The position numbers and the translations under genes were made by a program. A stretch of 63,594 nucleotides of DNA, counting the filler, from Klebsormidium nitens (lineage: Eukaryota > Plantae > Klebsormidiophyceae): the NCBI GenBank assembly GCA_000708835.1. It is 6 parts of 6 records of this genome, joined end to end, with 100 filler letters (N's around TTAATTAATTAA, not from the genome) between each part and the next. Parts side by side here need not be neighbours in the genome. Positions count along the whole stretch, not along the records: positions 29,346 to 34,893 come from DF237001.1; positions 34,994 to 52,441 come from DF237880.1; 4 more parts are not named here. One strand, written 5' to 3'. Every line of letters starts with the position of its first letter. The stretch's first letter is position 1. Of this stretch, positions 34,349 to 46,899 are shown in pieces. The notes beneath the pieces are model-generated. The model saw only the letters and a list, made by a program, of their open reading frames with translations. It had not been told where the DNA came from and searched no databases.

Positions 34349-34525
34349 ATAAACTTTAATAGTAATAAGGAACTTAAGGTAAACGAGTACGGGTGGGGTT
34401 AGTTTGGTGGTTAGGGTGGGTTCGGGTGCGGAGCAGGTGAGTTTGTTCTTAGGGTTTTAGTGTTGGTTAAGCCAAGAAATTGAATACTTTCAGTACCTAA
34501 GATCCTTATTACTATTAAAGTTTAT
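34349..34525. repeat. 22-bp perfect inverted repeat (MITE-like) in the subtelomere
   Basis: ATAAACTTTAATAGTAATAAGG (34349-34370) and its reverse complement (34504-34525); the interior has GGGTT-rich, telomere-like degenerate motifs. Confidence 0.7.
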
Positions 34526-34788
34526 GGTTATCAGGCCTGTTTCGCATGAATCTTGGTAAACCGTGTAAGCGTTTCGCCTGGTACAGTACCCGGAAAGCAT
34601 AAGATTGCCCGGTCTAATCAATGTGCCCGGTGAAAACTGACCGGTATTTTGGATTTAGGATTTTAAGAATTCCCGAAATTTTCGATTATCACGTCATCTC
34701 TAAGCTGCTTTCAGGTCAAATAAGAGGAGGTTTTGAGGTCTGTGTGATAGGTTGGGTTCACATTTTCTGTGAACTTTCAGGATCTGAC

Positions 34789-34893
34789 TTTTTAGGGTTT
34801 TAGGGTTTTAGGGTTTTAGGGTTTTAGGGTTTTTAGGGTTTTGGGGTTTTAGGGTTTCAAGGTTTTTGGTTTTAGGGTTTTAGGGTTTTAGGG
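34789..34893 (+). repeat. Telomeric repeat (TTTTAGGG)n at the contig end
   Basis: About a dozen TTTTAGGG units, some degenerate; G-rich strand oriented toward the contig end. Confidence 0.93.
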
Positions 34894-35425
34894 NNNNNNN
34901 NNNNNNNNNNNNNNNNNNNNNNNNNNNNNNNNNNNNNTTAATTAATTAANNNNNNNNNNNNNNNNNNNNNNNNNNNNNNNNNNNNNNNNNNNNCTCGGAA
35001 GTATCGCACTTGTCCGGTTAGCTTTGCATGGACCCCACGCTATATTCCGCTGCCTGCTAATCGATAGTTAAGTTGTCTGTAGCTCCACGCTCAGTTACGC
35101 TGACAGTCAGCTGTGGGTTAGTATAACTCTGAGCCATACGGGAGTGGGAACTAGGAGTGGTGTTTATTGTAAACTGCTAGTGGTCCCAGCGTTCCGGTGG
35201 TCTTCCTAGTGCAGTACAGAACCGGGAATGTTTTTTTGCAACTTCCGGCCACCGGCGAGCTAGGTATTCCACGAGCGGCCGGAAATTGGTGATATATTGA
35301 ACTTCCAGGCAAATTCCGGCCTAATCAGAGCCACATCTTTTTTTTATTTTGCTGACTTCCACCACCGCTCGTGGAACGAGTCGGAACGACACCCTAACTT
35401 CTAGCTTGCTAGCTTCAACTCAGGG

Positions 35426-35853
35426 TGTAAACGGGTGCTCTCTCAATGTATATAAGAGGCACGGTCTGCTACAGTGGACGTGGAAGGAAGCTAGTTGAGA
35501 GTTGATAAAAGTCTTGAAGCTAAAGTTGTCCTCAAATCCGGAGTCAAGAAGTGAGGCCCACAAGTGGAGAAATCCACTTTATAGCTTTGACCCAAGCTTA
35601 GGGAGCTCAACGCGAGCTCAGTCTGTAAGAGCAATCTAATATAATGAAGTGCTCCAGCTCATGGCAGCTCGGGAGGATGAGCTTAGGTAATCTAAGCTCA
35701 TCCTGTAAGAACCAATGAGAATCGAGTATTTTATTAAGAAGATCAAGTTACCGTTAGAGGGGGAAACCCTTAGCTCATCGTATAATCAGGTTGAGTTTAT
35801 CCGCATATCTACGGCTATAAATGCCTACGAAAGATCCACGTGTGCACGTTACA
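35426..35853 (-). repeat. 3' LTR (428 bp)
   Basis: TGTAAAC...CGTTACA ends; PPT adjacent; TSD adjacent. Confidence 0.85.
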
Positions 35854-36441
35854 GCAGTCCCCCCCTTAAGTACCAGCAACGTCCTCGTTGCTGGGGTCTA
35901 AATTGCACACCCGGTCCTTGGCAAAGTTGGTGGTGTCGAGAGTTCGCGATCGGACCGTCGGATGAGCAATCCGACGGCCGAATATTTGCGTTGGCGGAGT
36001 GACACTGTGGTCGCGAAAAGCTCCCAATGCCAAAACCAACTTTTCGAGCAGCCCAATAAAGCTCTTTTAAGATAGTGGAGGCCGCAAACTCAAAGCGGTC
36101 ACTACCGTAGGCCGATTGCAAACCCGTTCACCAAAAGTTGCGCAAATTAGTGCCAACATAAGAACACATATGAAGGATGTTACATAGCAATTTACGGCTT
36201 CTAAAACGATGAAGAGACCTGCAAATAAGGATAGGCTGCGTACAATGCTAAGCGACCACTAGCTCTTGGTTGCAAACATTCAAGACTGCCGCCGTCGGTG
36301 CTTGAAAACCCGCGGTACGTCGTTGCAAAATCGCTCTACAAATTTGAGTCGGGCCAAGACTCCGGCGGTGACGTCATCGATTCCCGCCATATGACTCGAA
36401 TTTTGTACGGCTTTGTGCCGGCGACACAACTCGACTCGATG

Positions 36442-39400
36442 TTACTGATAATCGCTACATAATTCGCCGGATCGAACTTGACACAATGCGCAACTGGCCG
36501 GCCAAGTTCGGCCTAGATGTCTACCCCTACAGTGAGGCCGGAAGGGTCGTGTGACTAGGTGGGCGTCGACCCATTGGGCCTCGTGGAATGGTTGGTCGCG
36601 GTATGTTACTAAGTACTGTGTGCGTTGCCGGGTACCGCGGCCGACGGTACGCTGCTCGACGACACTGTTTATAGGGTGCTGGGGTTGGTCAGCGGTGAGT
36701 ACCGGTGGCGGTGGAGGGGGGTCTCGGTCGATAAAGCGGGTAGAGTCGTTCAATTGGGTGGTATGGCTTGAGTTTGGAGACGTGGAAGACTGGGTGTATG
36801 GTCATGTGGGGGGGGAGGTCTAAGCGGTACGCTACGTCGGAGATGGTTTGTATGACTGTGAATGGGCCGGTGAATTTTGGGGCGAGTTTGCGAACTTGGG
36901 ATGGGTGGGGAGCGACAGGTTAGTGGTGGCCAAGTAGACTTGGTCGCCGGGTTGGAATGTCTAGCGGCGGCGGCGTTGGCCGGCGTATTGTTTTTGGCGG
37001 TTTTGGGCGAGGATTAGGAGGGTTTTGGCGTCGTTGAGGGATGTGGCGATGTTGTTAAGGAATTGGTCTGCGGCGGGGGTATCGGAGGAAGGTGGTTTAA
37101 GGAGGGCGGATGGTGTGAGTGGATGTCTATCGGTGTTCAGGTAGAATGGGGAGTGGCCGGTGGATGCCTGTACCGAGTTATTGTAGGCGAATTCGATAGG
37201 GGTAAGGTATAGGTCCCAGTCAGTGTGCCGGGCGTTGACGTAGGGTCGGAGAGCCTCCTCGATGACCCGGTTCACGCGCTCGGTTTGACCGTCGGTTTGG
37301 GGGTGGAATGCGGTGGAGTACGATAGTTTGGTACCAAGTAACCTGAACAGGGACTGCCAAAAGTTAGATGTGAACCGCGGGTTCCTGTCAGAGAGGATGA
37401 CTCGGGACAAGCCCTTATGTCTAAAAACATGATCGAAATATACCTGTGCGATGGAAGGGGCAGTGGTGTCATCGGAGATGGGTGCAATTTTGATTTCCTA
37501 AGATAGGCGGTCGACAAAGACATCAATGCCGGAATTTCCGCGCGTAGTTTTAGGTAAGCCCACAATCAAGTCCATGGAAATTTGCTCCCACCGCTCCTGG
37601 GGGATAGGGAGCGGCTGTAATAGTCCCCCAGGGCGGCGGTTGCGGGGCTTGTTGCGTTGGCAAGCGTCGCAGGTGCGGATGTAACGCCGGACGTCCGCTT
37701 GGAGGTCCGGCCAGTAGAAAGTGCGGGCGACCAGTTCTTCGGTCTTGTCCATACCTAGGTGGGCGGAAGCGTTACAGTCGGGGTTAGTTCGGAGTACGCG
37801 GGTGCGGAGTACTGGCACGGGGGGAATGTACAATCGATCGGAGTTATAGAGCAAACCGTCGTGAAGCGAAAAAGACTCAAATGCAGTGTCAGCCAGAACC
37901 ATGCGGGAAACGACCATTTGGGCGTAAAGGTCCGCCGTAGTGGCTAGGCGGACATCTGTTAGAAAAGCCCGGTCGGGAATGAGACACTGCAGCAAGAACA
38001 TGTTGGTTAGCGGGAGGTTCAGGCTTGTGGTCCGGGCGCCTTGAGAGGGCGTCCGGTACAATGTGGAGGCGCCCTTCCCTGTACGTGAGATTGAGGTCAA
38101 ACTGGGTGAGTTGCTCCTCCCACCGGTGGTGGCGAGAGCGCATGAACTCCACCTTAAGCGGTTATAGGAGTGGCCGGTGATTGGTGCGAACCGCCACCGG
38201 GCGACCAAGAAGGTAGTGGCGCCACTTGTGCATGGCATGTACTAGGGCTAGCTGCTCCCGGTCGCGTGCGGAGTAATTCCGCTCAGCGCGATTGAGTCGT
38301 TTGGACTCAAACGCGACCGGGTGAAGATCGGTACCAGCGGTACCCTGCAAAAGTACACCTCCGACCGCAAAGTCAGAGGCATCGATGTCGAGTGTACACG
38401 AGAGATCATGGTTAAAGGGGCGCAAGATTGGTGCATGGGTTAGCGAAAATTTGAGTGAGTGGAATGCGTGATTATGCGTATTCGTCCACTCGAATTTTGC
38501 ACCCTTCACCAGCAAATCAGTCAGAGAAGCGGCAATCCGAGAAAAATCACGAACAAACCGACGATAAGAGCCAGCTAAACCAAGAAATGAGCGGATATCG
38601 CCAGGGTCCTGGGGTTGAGGCCATGCGGTTATGGCCGCAACCTTGCATGCCTCCATTGACACCCCTTCAACGTTGATGACGTGGCCGAGGAAGGTGACCT
38701 CGGTACGCCACAGTTCACACTTGGACTCCTTGGCGTAGAGGGCGTGGGTGCGCAGACGTGTGAATACCTCCCGGAGGAGCCGCTCGTGTTCCTCTGCAGA
38801 ATCGGAGTATATTAGTATATCGTCGAGGAAGATGACGACGCCCTGGTCGAGCAAATCTGGAAAGACCGTGTGCATGAGGTCCACAAAGGCGGCCGGGGCG
38901 TTAGTCAAGCCAAAGGGTAGAACCAGCCACTCGAAGTGGCCGTACCGGGTGCGGAAGGCTGTTTTAGTAACGTCATCGGGGTGGATAGGAATCTGCCAAT
39001 AACCGGAGCGCATGTCGATTTTAGAGAAGAATTTAGCACCGTGGAGTTGGTCAATGAGGTCATCGGCCCGGGGGAGTGGATAGGCATTTTTAACAGTTTG
39101 TTTATTAAGTCTCCGGTAGTCAATGCAAAAGCGCAAGCCCCGGTCCTTCTTGGGGGCGAAGAGGACGGGGGCCCCCCAGGGAGAGTTGCTCGGGCGGATG
39201 AACCCCTTCGCCAAGAGGTCGTCCAGAGTCCGCCGCAACTCCTCCAACTCCGAGGGGGACAACCGGTAGATGGGGCGGTTGACCGGGGAAGCGCCCGGTA
39301 GAGTCTCGATGTGGAACAGCATACCCCGGTCAGGAGGGAGTGTGCCCGGTAGGTCCTGAGGAAAAAAGGTCCGGATATTCAGTCCTAAGTCGTTCGCAAC

Positions 39401-40315
39401 GCTCGTATTCCGGTGCATGCGTGGAAGCAGTGTCAGGTGTAACGTTGGGAACAACTTGAAAGACCGGTTTTTTTTTTTTTTTTTTTTTAAGTTTGTTAAT
39501 CTCCACAGAGTTAAGCAGGCGGTCACCAAATTCCTTGCGCAATGCGCGCTTGCAGGGTTTACCGGCCTCCAGCGTTACAACCCTCCTTGCATGCACGAAG
39601 GAAATGGTACGCCGTAACCAATCGACAGTTTTGTTACCCGACTCTAGCCACGGTAGGCCCAAATGATGTCATATGTTACGTCTGTAACGGTGAAATGTAG
39701 GTCCTTGGAATCCTCAGAACCGACCGAAAATGGCATGGCTTGAGTAGTCCATTTGACCGGTTGCTGTGAACCGTTGGCTAGAGTTACGGGCTCCAAACTA
39801 TCGTCAGACCGTAAACCGATGATCAAACCACGCGCAAATTCAGACGCCATCACAATATCAGAGTCGGCCCCGGAACATGGAATACTTGACCCCCAGTATT
39901 CTGTATTCCAAGGTTTCAAAAAGGCAGTATTCCGTATTCCAGGGTGCTCAAGTATTCTGTATTCCGTTTCGCAAATGTGACTTTTAACAGTTTGGAAGGT
40001 ACGTTAAAGAAGTGCGCCCGTCGTGTGAGTTCTTTTACAATTTCCTTCGGTTCGAAGCATGCTTTTGGAAGTCTTTTTACTTCGAAGTCAGGTATTTTGC
40101 CGTTGTTTGCCGCATGTTGTGTAGTATGCTCGGAAACGCCCTGTATTCTGCATTCTAGTATTCCAAGGCCCAAATTTGGGTATTCCGGATTCTTCCGCTT
40201 CCAAAAATGGGTATTCCGTGTTCCGATAGTCCATGTTCCGGGGCCTATCAGAGCAACCGGAATCAATCAAAACCCTGCATGCACGACTTAGGACTTGACC
40301 ACGCAGGAAGATCAA
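36442..40315 (-). pseudogene. pol: Chromovirus pol (PR-RT-RH-IN-chromodomain), frameshifted
   Basis: LIDSGC; [24 protein letters not shown]; [11 protein letters not shown]; ISMDLIVGLP, HPQTDGQTER; chromodomain HPINSVVEQR...QYLVTY...AQWV. Confidence 0.95.
39866..40245. mobile_element. 380-bp MITE with 16-bp perfect TIR inserted just after the protease DSG
   Basis: GGCCCCGGAACATGGA / TCCATGTTCCGGGGCC; TATCAGAG duplicated at 39856-39863 and 40246-40253 (2 extra nt on the left); subterminal GGAATAC/GTATTCC motifs. Confidence 0.88.
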
Positions 40316-40397
40316 ACGAGAAGATTTGCGTCCGGTAGGACCCGGTGTGGGTGGGGCAGCCTTGCGGTTCCTGGGAAGGGACTTGTCCCGGGACCGT

Positions 40398-40739
40398 CTA
40401 CAGGGGCGTGAAGTTTTCCGAGCCGCGGGGCTCGGAGCCTAGGTCGATGAGGTCGGGGTGATCGGTGGGGGACGCCTGGTGCTCAACGTTGTTGACACTA
40501 GGACGTCCTGCAGAGGTACCAAGTGGGCACTTAGTTGCAATGTGCCCAATTTGCCTGCATCTGAAGCAACCACCAATCTTCCGTAATCGATCCCTTTCGG
40601 AGTCGGTTAACGGGGGTAGCCTACGCCTCAATGCATCAATCTCCATAGGAACAGGGTCGGAAGCAGGGTTAGCAGGCCGGAAGGGAATAGGGATCGGGTT
40701 AGCCGCTGAGGCGAACCGCCCTTTTGGCTGCCGGTCCAA
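40398..40739 (-). pseudogene. gag: gag C-terminal remnant fused directly to a truncated 5' LTR
   Basis: PMEID...GCFRCRQIGHIATKC zinc knuckle; the rest of gag, the PBS and 167 bp of LTR are missing. Confidence 0.9.
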
Positions 40740-40740
40740 A

Positions 40741-41496
40741 CAAGCTTAGGGAGCTCAACGCGAGCTCAGTCTGTAAGAGCAATCTAATATAATGAAGTGC
40801 TGCAGCTCATGGCGTGCTCATAGCAGCTCGGGAGGATGAGCTTAGGTAAGCTAAGCTCATCTTGTAAGAACCAATGAGAATCGAGTATTTAAGGAAATTG
40901 TATCTGCGGTCTACGCCCCCTTTTAAGCTCCGAGATTCGTCGGCGAAGTCGGAACTTAGAACTTACGGTCGGCGAAATTTGTCGAGAGTATTTTGTGTGG
41001 TCGACATTCGCCGGCCGTCAGATTTCACTGACGGGCCATAGCGTCATCCCGCCGGCGATATGCGCGCTAGCATTGCCGTTCGACTGCTTCATATAGCGAA
41101 CATAAAAGTACGCGAGCAGTAGCGATGTGCGGTGAGCGCGGTGCGTAGCGATCGAGCGGTCCATCTTGAGTCGCCATCGTTTTGGAAAACGCCAGGCGTG
41201 AAGGTAAGTACTGGAATGCAATATATCCTCTTTAATTCAATATTATTGTCGCTGAATATTCAGCTACCTTATATAGTTCAGTCGCGGAGGGCATTGGCCG
41301 CCAGGCCAATGTCCCACGCCTCTCGCAAAGGTCATCGGCTTATGGCATCCTGGGCGTTCCAATTTCCGCCACTCTTAATTATTTAAGAAATTCAAGTTAC
41401 CGTTACAGGGGGAAACCCTTAGCTCATCGTATAATCAGGTTGAGTTTATCCGCATATCTACGGCTATAAATGCCTAAGAAAGATCCACGTGTTACA
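40741..41496 (-). repeat. Truncated 5' LTR with a ~486-bp insertion (40894-41379)
   Basis: Matches the 3' LTR on both sides of the insert; TATTTAAG duplicated at 40886-40893 and 41380-41387; no clear TIR. Confidence 0.8.
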
Positions 41497-41806
41497 CAGG
41501 GTAAGAGCCTGCCGCGAGTTGTGCGCGCCAAAACCGCGATCGGGGGGGTTTATGATAACCAAGGGGGGTCCCCAGGGATTTCCATAGCCCGCGGGCTTTA
41601 GTGGCGATCTCCAGCCGGTTGGAGAGGCAGACCGGCCGGTGCCGAAGCCGCGAGCTCAGTCTGTAAGAGCAATCTAATATAATGAAGTGCTGCAGCTCAT
41701 GGGTATGATGCTGTATACCGTATGTATCTAAACCTGGGTATAACGTTGTCATATTCCCCCTGTCGATATCCCAAATAGCCCAAAAAGGCTTCATCAGTAC
41801 CCATAA

Positions 41807-41990
41807 GGGTAAGGTCATCTTGTAGTGNNNNNNNNNNNNNNNNNNNNGCCCCTGAAATCGGCATTTTTAGACCAATATTACGAGACATTCCGAGCCCCCC
41901 CCCCCTCCCCGCTGCCCTTAGGTTTCCAAACCCCCAACCCCCCACCCTCTGGACTGAACATAGGGGGTCAGCTTCAAAATGACCTTACCC
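41807..41990. mobile_element. PIF/Harbinger Tourist-like MITE spanning a 20-N gap
   Basis: TIR GGGTAAGGTCAT / ATGACCTTACCC flanked by TAA on both sides. Confidence 0.75.
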
Positions 41991-42825
41991 TAATCGGCAC
42001 GGAGTGCCAAAAACTACTCAGAACTCCTTCAAAGGCGCTTGTTTGGTACCGGGCCGCCACAAATGGAACGATGCCGGCCGCCGGCTTGAAGGCCGTGAGG
42101 AACTTCTGGCCGGTAGGAATCACCAAGTGCCGGCTCCATTACTGGGGGTCCCATGGGGACGCGTCGAAGGTCCATGTTCTCCATCGACATCGGTTCTGAC
42201 ACTGACAGAACCCGTGGAAGGAGAACGTGGACCAAATTCGGACTTTTTGAGACCCCCACCGTTTTGTACCCAGGACTGCGCAGTGCGCCGCACGGCGCAC
42301 AGTTTTTAGCTCCTCCCGGCCGCATTGGGGACCAGCACTCGATCCCCGGTACCTCCCACAGCTAGACCACAGCTACCGTATTTGCGGTTCAGGTAAAAGG
42401 TACCGGGTACGAATCTTAGCACGCTCAGGACCTCGGACTCACGGTCACTCACCGACCCAGGGCCCCGCCGCGCGGTCGAAAGGATATTAAAGCTTGGCAG
42501 GGTCCAAAAAGTGCGAATTTGGTCCACGTTCTCCTTCCACGCATTCTGACAGCTAGCTACATGGGCTGAGTGGTCACATGCGCACTTGACGTTCCGCGCC
42601 CTAGCCCCCCTGACGATCGACCTTGCATGACTCTGAGAGATGGGGTCCAGCGCGTCATCAAGCGCGTCTCGAAACTGGTTCCTCATCTTACTCCTTCTGA
42701 CAGTCACTTTCTGCCAAGTGCTGCTCCTCTGGTCTCCGGGTGGTCAAATATGGTTCCGAGATATCCTAGATTCCTCGTCTCGCTGGGGCCGCTGTCGGTC
42801 CCTCAACTCGACCAGCGCTGTGAGG

Positions 42826-43386
42826 TCAGCGGTTGTAAGGTGAGCTCTTCGCCTGGCAAGCATGAACATTATGACGAAATGGATGATGATAAAGTTGACG
42901 AAAAACCACCGCAACTGAACTGTAATCTGCGAGATACTCCATGCCACTGACTCTCTCCGCAGCGAACAAGATCCAATCCTGTTCAAGTAGACCGTCATAA
43001 TAGGAAGAGTGGATGTTGAACCACAAGCAAGCCGAGGACCTTGAAGAAAACATAAGATCGTTTTTGAACATCCATCACACTGAAGAAAGGTGGAACATGT
43101 CCTTCGACCGGGAGCTTGCATGTGTTCGTAAACAAGAGGCCATTTGTTGAAGGAATTTCTCAAGGTCGTAACTTTCTGGTAGTTTACGACTCGCTAAACG
43201 GAGCAGCAGGTCATTACCTTCAAAATCAGAATCTGCGTGCCTCCGTTGTCTTCTCCATAGTATTTTGTCGCTCTGACGCCAGCTCGTACGCCCCCCTCCA
43301 TTGCCCCTTTCAAATACTATGCAGTGGAAATGCGTGCAACCGACGCAATAATGCTCTCTTCCCAGCGGGACGTTTTTTTGCCTCAC
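42826..43386 (-). pseudogene. Protein-like remnant with one in-frame stop, unknown family
   Basis: ORFs 43075-43386 and 42826-43071 are in one frame (HLSSV*WMFKNDL...). Confidence 0.3.
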
Positions 43387-43542
43387 CTTACTGGCTGGCA
43401 GGTCTTCTTGGAATGGCCCTGCTCAGGCTCTTGGACTTGCTCTGGCCGTCCAGCTCTTCAAACTTGGGGTTCAGTACATGTGACCTGGTTAATGCAATAT
43501 TCTGAGTAGAAATGAGCATCAAAGCCCCTTCAGTCCGTAGCA

Positions 43543-45488
43543 GTGCCAGCACACGTTTTTCAGGGGGAAAACAGACGCCGCTTCACACTGCAACAGCACC
43601 CTGCTTTTGAGCAAGTATGCTCTCTTTTGATGCCCATCCCTTTCCTTCCTTGCAGTTACTCCCCGATTGCCACTCGGCCTCCGCTGGGCCTGATCGACGG
43701 ACACTCAGACCAGCTGCTAATGCCCCTCGATCGCGTGAAGCGCGCATTTGAAAACGAGGCGGCGACCCTGTTTGTGTTGCGCATCATGAAAACAGGGAGC
43801 ACGGGCCTGGATGCGTTATTCAACACAAGGAATCCTGGGGAGTGCTCTCCCCACCTCAATAAGGACCTGATTAACACGTCAGGTCCGGAACTGGGGTGCA
43901 ATCGGCTGGCCATCTTGGTGCTCCGTGCGCAGTTGGACCTCAGCTGTCAAGACTTGCGGGGATGGGATGAGTGAGCCTCGTGTGCCTTTGCGACCAGAGA
44001 CTTTGTCGTGTTTGATCAGAACGGAGAGGAAGAGCACGGACTAGTTGCCAATCTTTGTGAGCCCCCTTGGCCATAACCCCAAGTTAAGGATGGTCGACTC
44101 GGACGAAAAGACAACTCTAGACCGTTGATCCAAAGGGCTATAGCTGGGGGGGTTTGGTCTCGAATCTCTGACTGGGAGTCCTCGTTCTTCTTCGATCCGT
44201 TCTGTCCGGAGGCATCTCAGGTGGCTACGATGCTCTAAACTAATGTATAAAGGGTTGGTTAGTCATTCAAATCAGCCCGTTAATGACACAATGGTCTAGG
44301 GTTGGAAGCTCGTATGCAAGTCTCTCCTCAAGCCGGAAGAGGAGCGAACCTATCTGTGTGCCTGTCTTTGCCTTGTCCCTGTAACATTGAGCAACCTGTG
44401 GCTGTGGCAAGAGGCGCAGGGTACAATTGTGGGGTGGCACAGGGTTTGTGGTGAACAATGCAATTGGAAGCAGGGTTTCACGGATGTCATCAGGTTGATA
44501 ATATCAAGACTGACCTTCAACACAACCAGTCTCCAGGCGGGATGCCGGTTGCGTTAGGTGCCGGACGCCCGTTTAGCGTGTATGAATCCCTAAGACGTAG
44601 GCCTGTTTAAGCCATTCAGAGCTGCCCCTTTTGGACGCTAGACAACTGCTGACGACACTTATGAAACACTCCCTCGAGTCTGCCATGGCGTCTCTCCATT
44701 TTCTCCTTTGCAGCCCAGCGTATGTCACTCTTGACTGCCTCCCTTTCACGGCATCCTATGAGTACGAGCAAAACTTCTACCGGTTGCCATTCCCGGAGCA
44801 GGACCGACTGCGCACCTTGTACCGAGGTGCTCGACTTGTGAGTGGACACTTTCCACACGGCGTCCATCGCATCGGGCATCGGGGCCTCTTTACCTACGTC
44901 ACTCAAGTGCGTGATCCGGTCGCCAGAGCGCTGAGCCACGTCAACCACCACATACTAGATCATCCAGGCATTTTCGATGGTTTCTCGAAGGAAGAGTTTG
45001 TCTTGAGCACCCGGTTTGGATACATGAAAAGCAATCATCAGGTGCGAGTCCTCTGCAATGAGGCGTCAATAGGTCGTTACGACATGTACGCCGAGCAGGT
45101 GTATTGCAACAAGCATGAATGCCGGGAACCAGGGACCCCGCTTGAGGGGCTTACGGAGGTGACGGAGATGCACTATCAGTGTGCATTATCGCACTTACGG
45201 CATGACTTTTCTCTCGTGTTTGTATCTGAACTTGTAGACGAGGTGTTGAAATTGGGGCCAACTATCTCTCGTCTATTCAAGATGAAGGTGCTGGCCAACC
45301 CAAAGATAGTACCATACAATCCCACCACTTTCAATAACCGCACACTGAGATTGTCGGAAGCTCCAGCAAACATATTGAATTGGTTGAATCAGCTCAATTA
45401 CTGGGACCAACGATTATACGAAGAGGCTAAGAAGTTGCACAGGATCTCGGTACAACGGTTGAAAGCTTTGCAAGAAAACCTATCTTAG
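43543..45488 (+). CDS. Golgi-type (carbohydrate) sulfotransferase-like protein; 5' end uncertain
   Basis: Exon ending 43970 (GTGAG donor, phase 2) joins 44714-45488 (TTTTCTCCTTTGCAG). 5'-PSB LFVLRIMKTGSTGL, SGHFPHG, 3'-PB VTQVRDPVARALSH, C-terminal LNYWDQRLYEEAK. Confidence 0.8.
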
Positions 45489-46899
45489 CTTCCTCATCAA
45501 CAGGCTTGCAAGGTAACGGGGAAGTTCCCAAAAACTGGCGCCACTGCCGCAAATTCTACTAAATGTCGAGCATTGCTTCACCTCACTGTTGAGCTGACTT
45601 GAGCTTGAAAACACACAGCGACAGGACGGAAGTAGTGTGCAGAAGCTACATTTTCTGATTGTTCGTGGCCAAATCAATCTCACGGGTTCGATCGCTGCCA
45701 CAATGTGATCGACATTTGAAAGCCAGAGCTTGGAAGTAGGACCGCTCTGTCTCATGCAGTGTTGGACCAGACGTCGTATATCTGTATGTGTGCACACGTT
45801 CACATCTAAATTCTCTTGAGTTGGCATCCTTGCAATCTGCTATACTGGATTAAAACGTAATAATATGGTCCGGGGCCTATAATCTTGACCGTCTTCCCAA
45901 CTTGGATGCTCATTATAGGGACTTGATGAGTGAGAGGTTCACAGAGACTCAGTGCATAGGAGTATTTCGCTTTTGATCGTAGTACTTTGAAAGATTTGAT
46001 ACCCCCGCTTATCTAGTTAGGATGCGCGTCGACCGACACAGGCCACTTATATGAGGTGGCGGCCGTTTCGACGATTAGAGGATGGCTCGGGCCAATTGTC
46101 TAGACCGTGACCGGAGGATTGACAGAAAGCTTACAATCAAACCTGATGCTACTCGATGCCAGAACAAGGTGCCATCAAATGCTGAATTCGGAGTCCTTGG
46201 GCGTGACTTAGTTACCGTTTGCTCTCTTCGCTGGTAGTTCGGTGTCCGCTTCCGGTACGGTCTGCTGGTTCCGCCTGCTTGCGCGCTTGCTCTTGCGCAC
46301 GCTCGGGCTTTGTCCGCCGTTGGGGGCTCCTGGCGATCGTCCGTTGCTGGAGTCCAAAGCCGGTCCGTCCCTGGATCCTTGTCATCGCTCGGGTTCGGAT
46401 CCTGTCGATCCCGCGTTCGTGGCATTGCGGCGGCCATTGCTGCTTACGTGACCGTTCCTGTGCAACAAGGAAATGAATTCCTAATTCCTGCCAGCTGTCC
46501 TGTCCAATACGCAGGCACACTAGTAGTGGGCTGCTTCCAAAGAGCCAACCGTTCAATCCTGAACTTCACCACGACGCCTTTCAATATGCAGAATCTGTAA
46601 AGAAGCAAACACGTTGCAATCAACTCGATCGTTCCCCCCTTGAGCTCCGAGACGCATGCAAGAATCCCTCATGCAGGAAAAAGGGGCGGGAAAGCACACA
46701 CATCTCGTCTTCCCATATCACATTAATGCGCATGCCCTTATGACAAGAGTTCCAAACAAACACACAGAGCGACATTCTTCTAGGCGCCCACCTGTGACCA
46801 CCCGCGGCCGAGGAGGTGGGCTGACACCACCGGGCCAGAAGTCGTCGATGCAAATGTTGTTGCCAAAGCACCGCTGCAGCACGTCGAACAGCTTCTGCC

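Larger units (their letters stand above)
35426..41496 (-). mobile_element. Ty3/Gypsy chromovirus, degenerate, with 5-bp TSD CAGGG
   Basis: CAGGG at 35421-35425 and 41497-41501; TG...CA ends; PPT (AAGGGGGGGA on minus) next to 35853; LTR homology 35593-35853 vs 40741-41496. Confidence 0.92.

Noticed and set aside
35915-36545. Possible insertion between the chromodomain and PPT
   Set aside because: Only weak GACC microhomology and no TIR; could be native 3' UTR.
39468-39488. 21-nt A/T run in chromovirus pol as a retro-insertion tail
   Set aside because: No TSD or SINE body; likely homopolymer slippage in a Lys tract.
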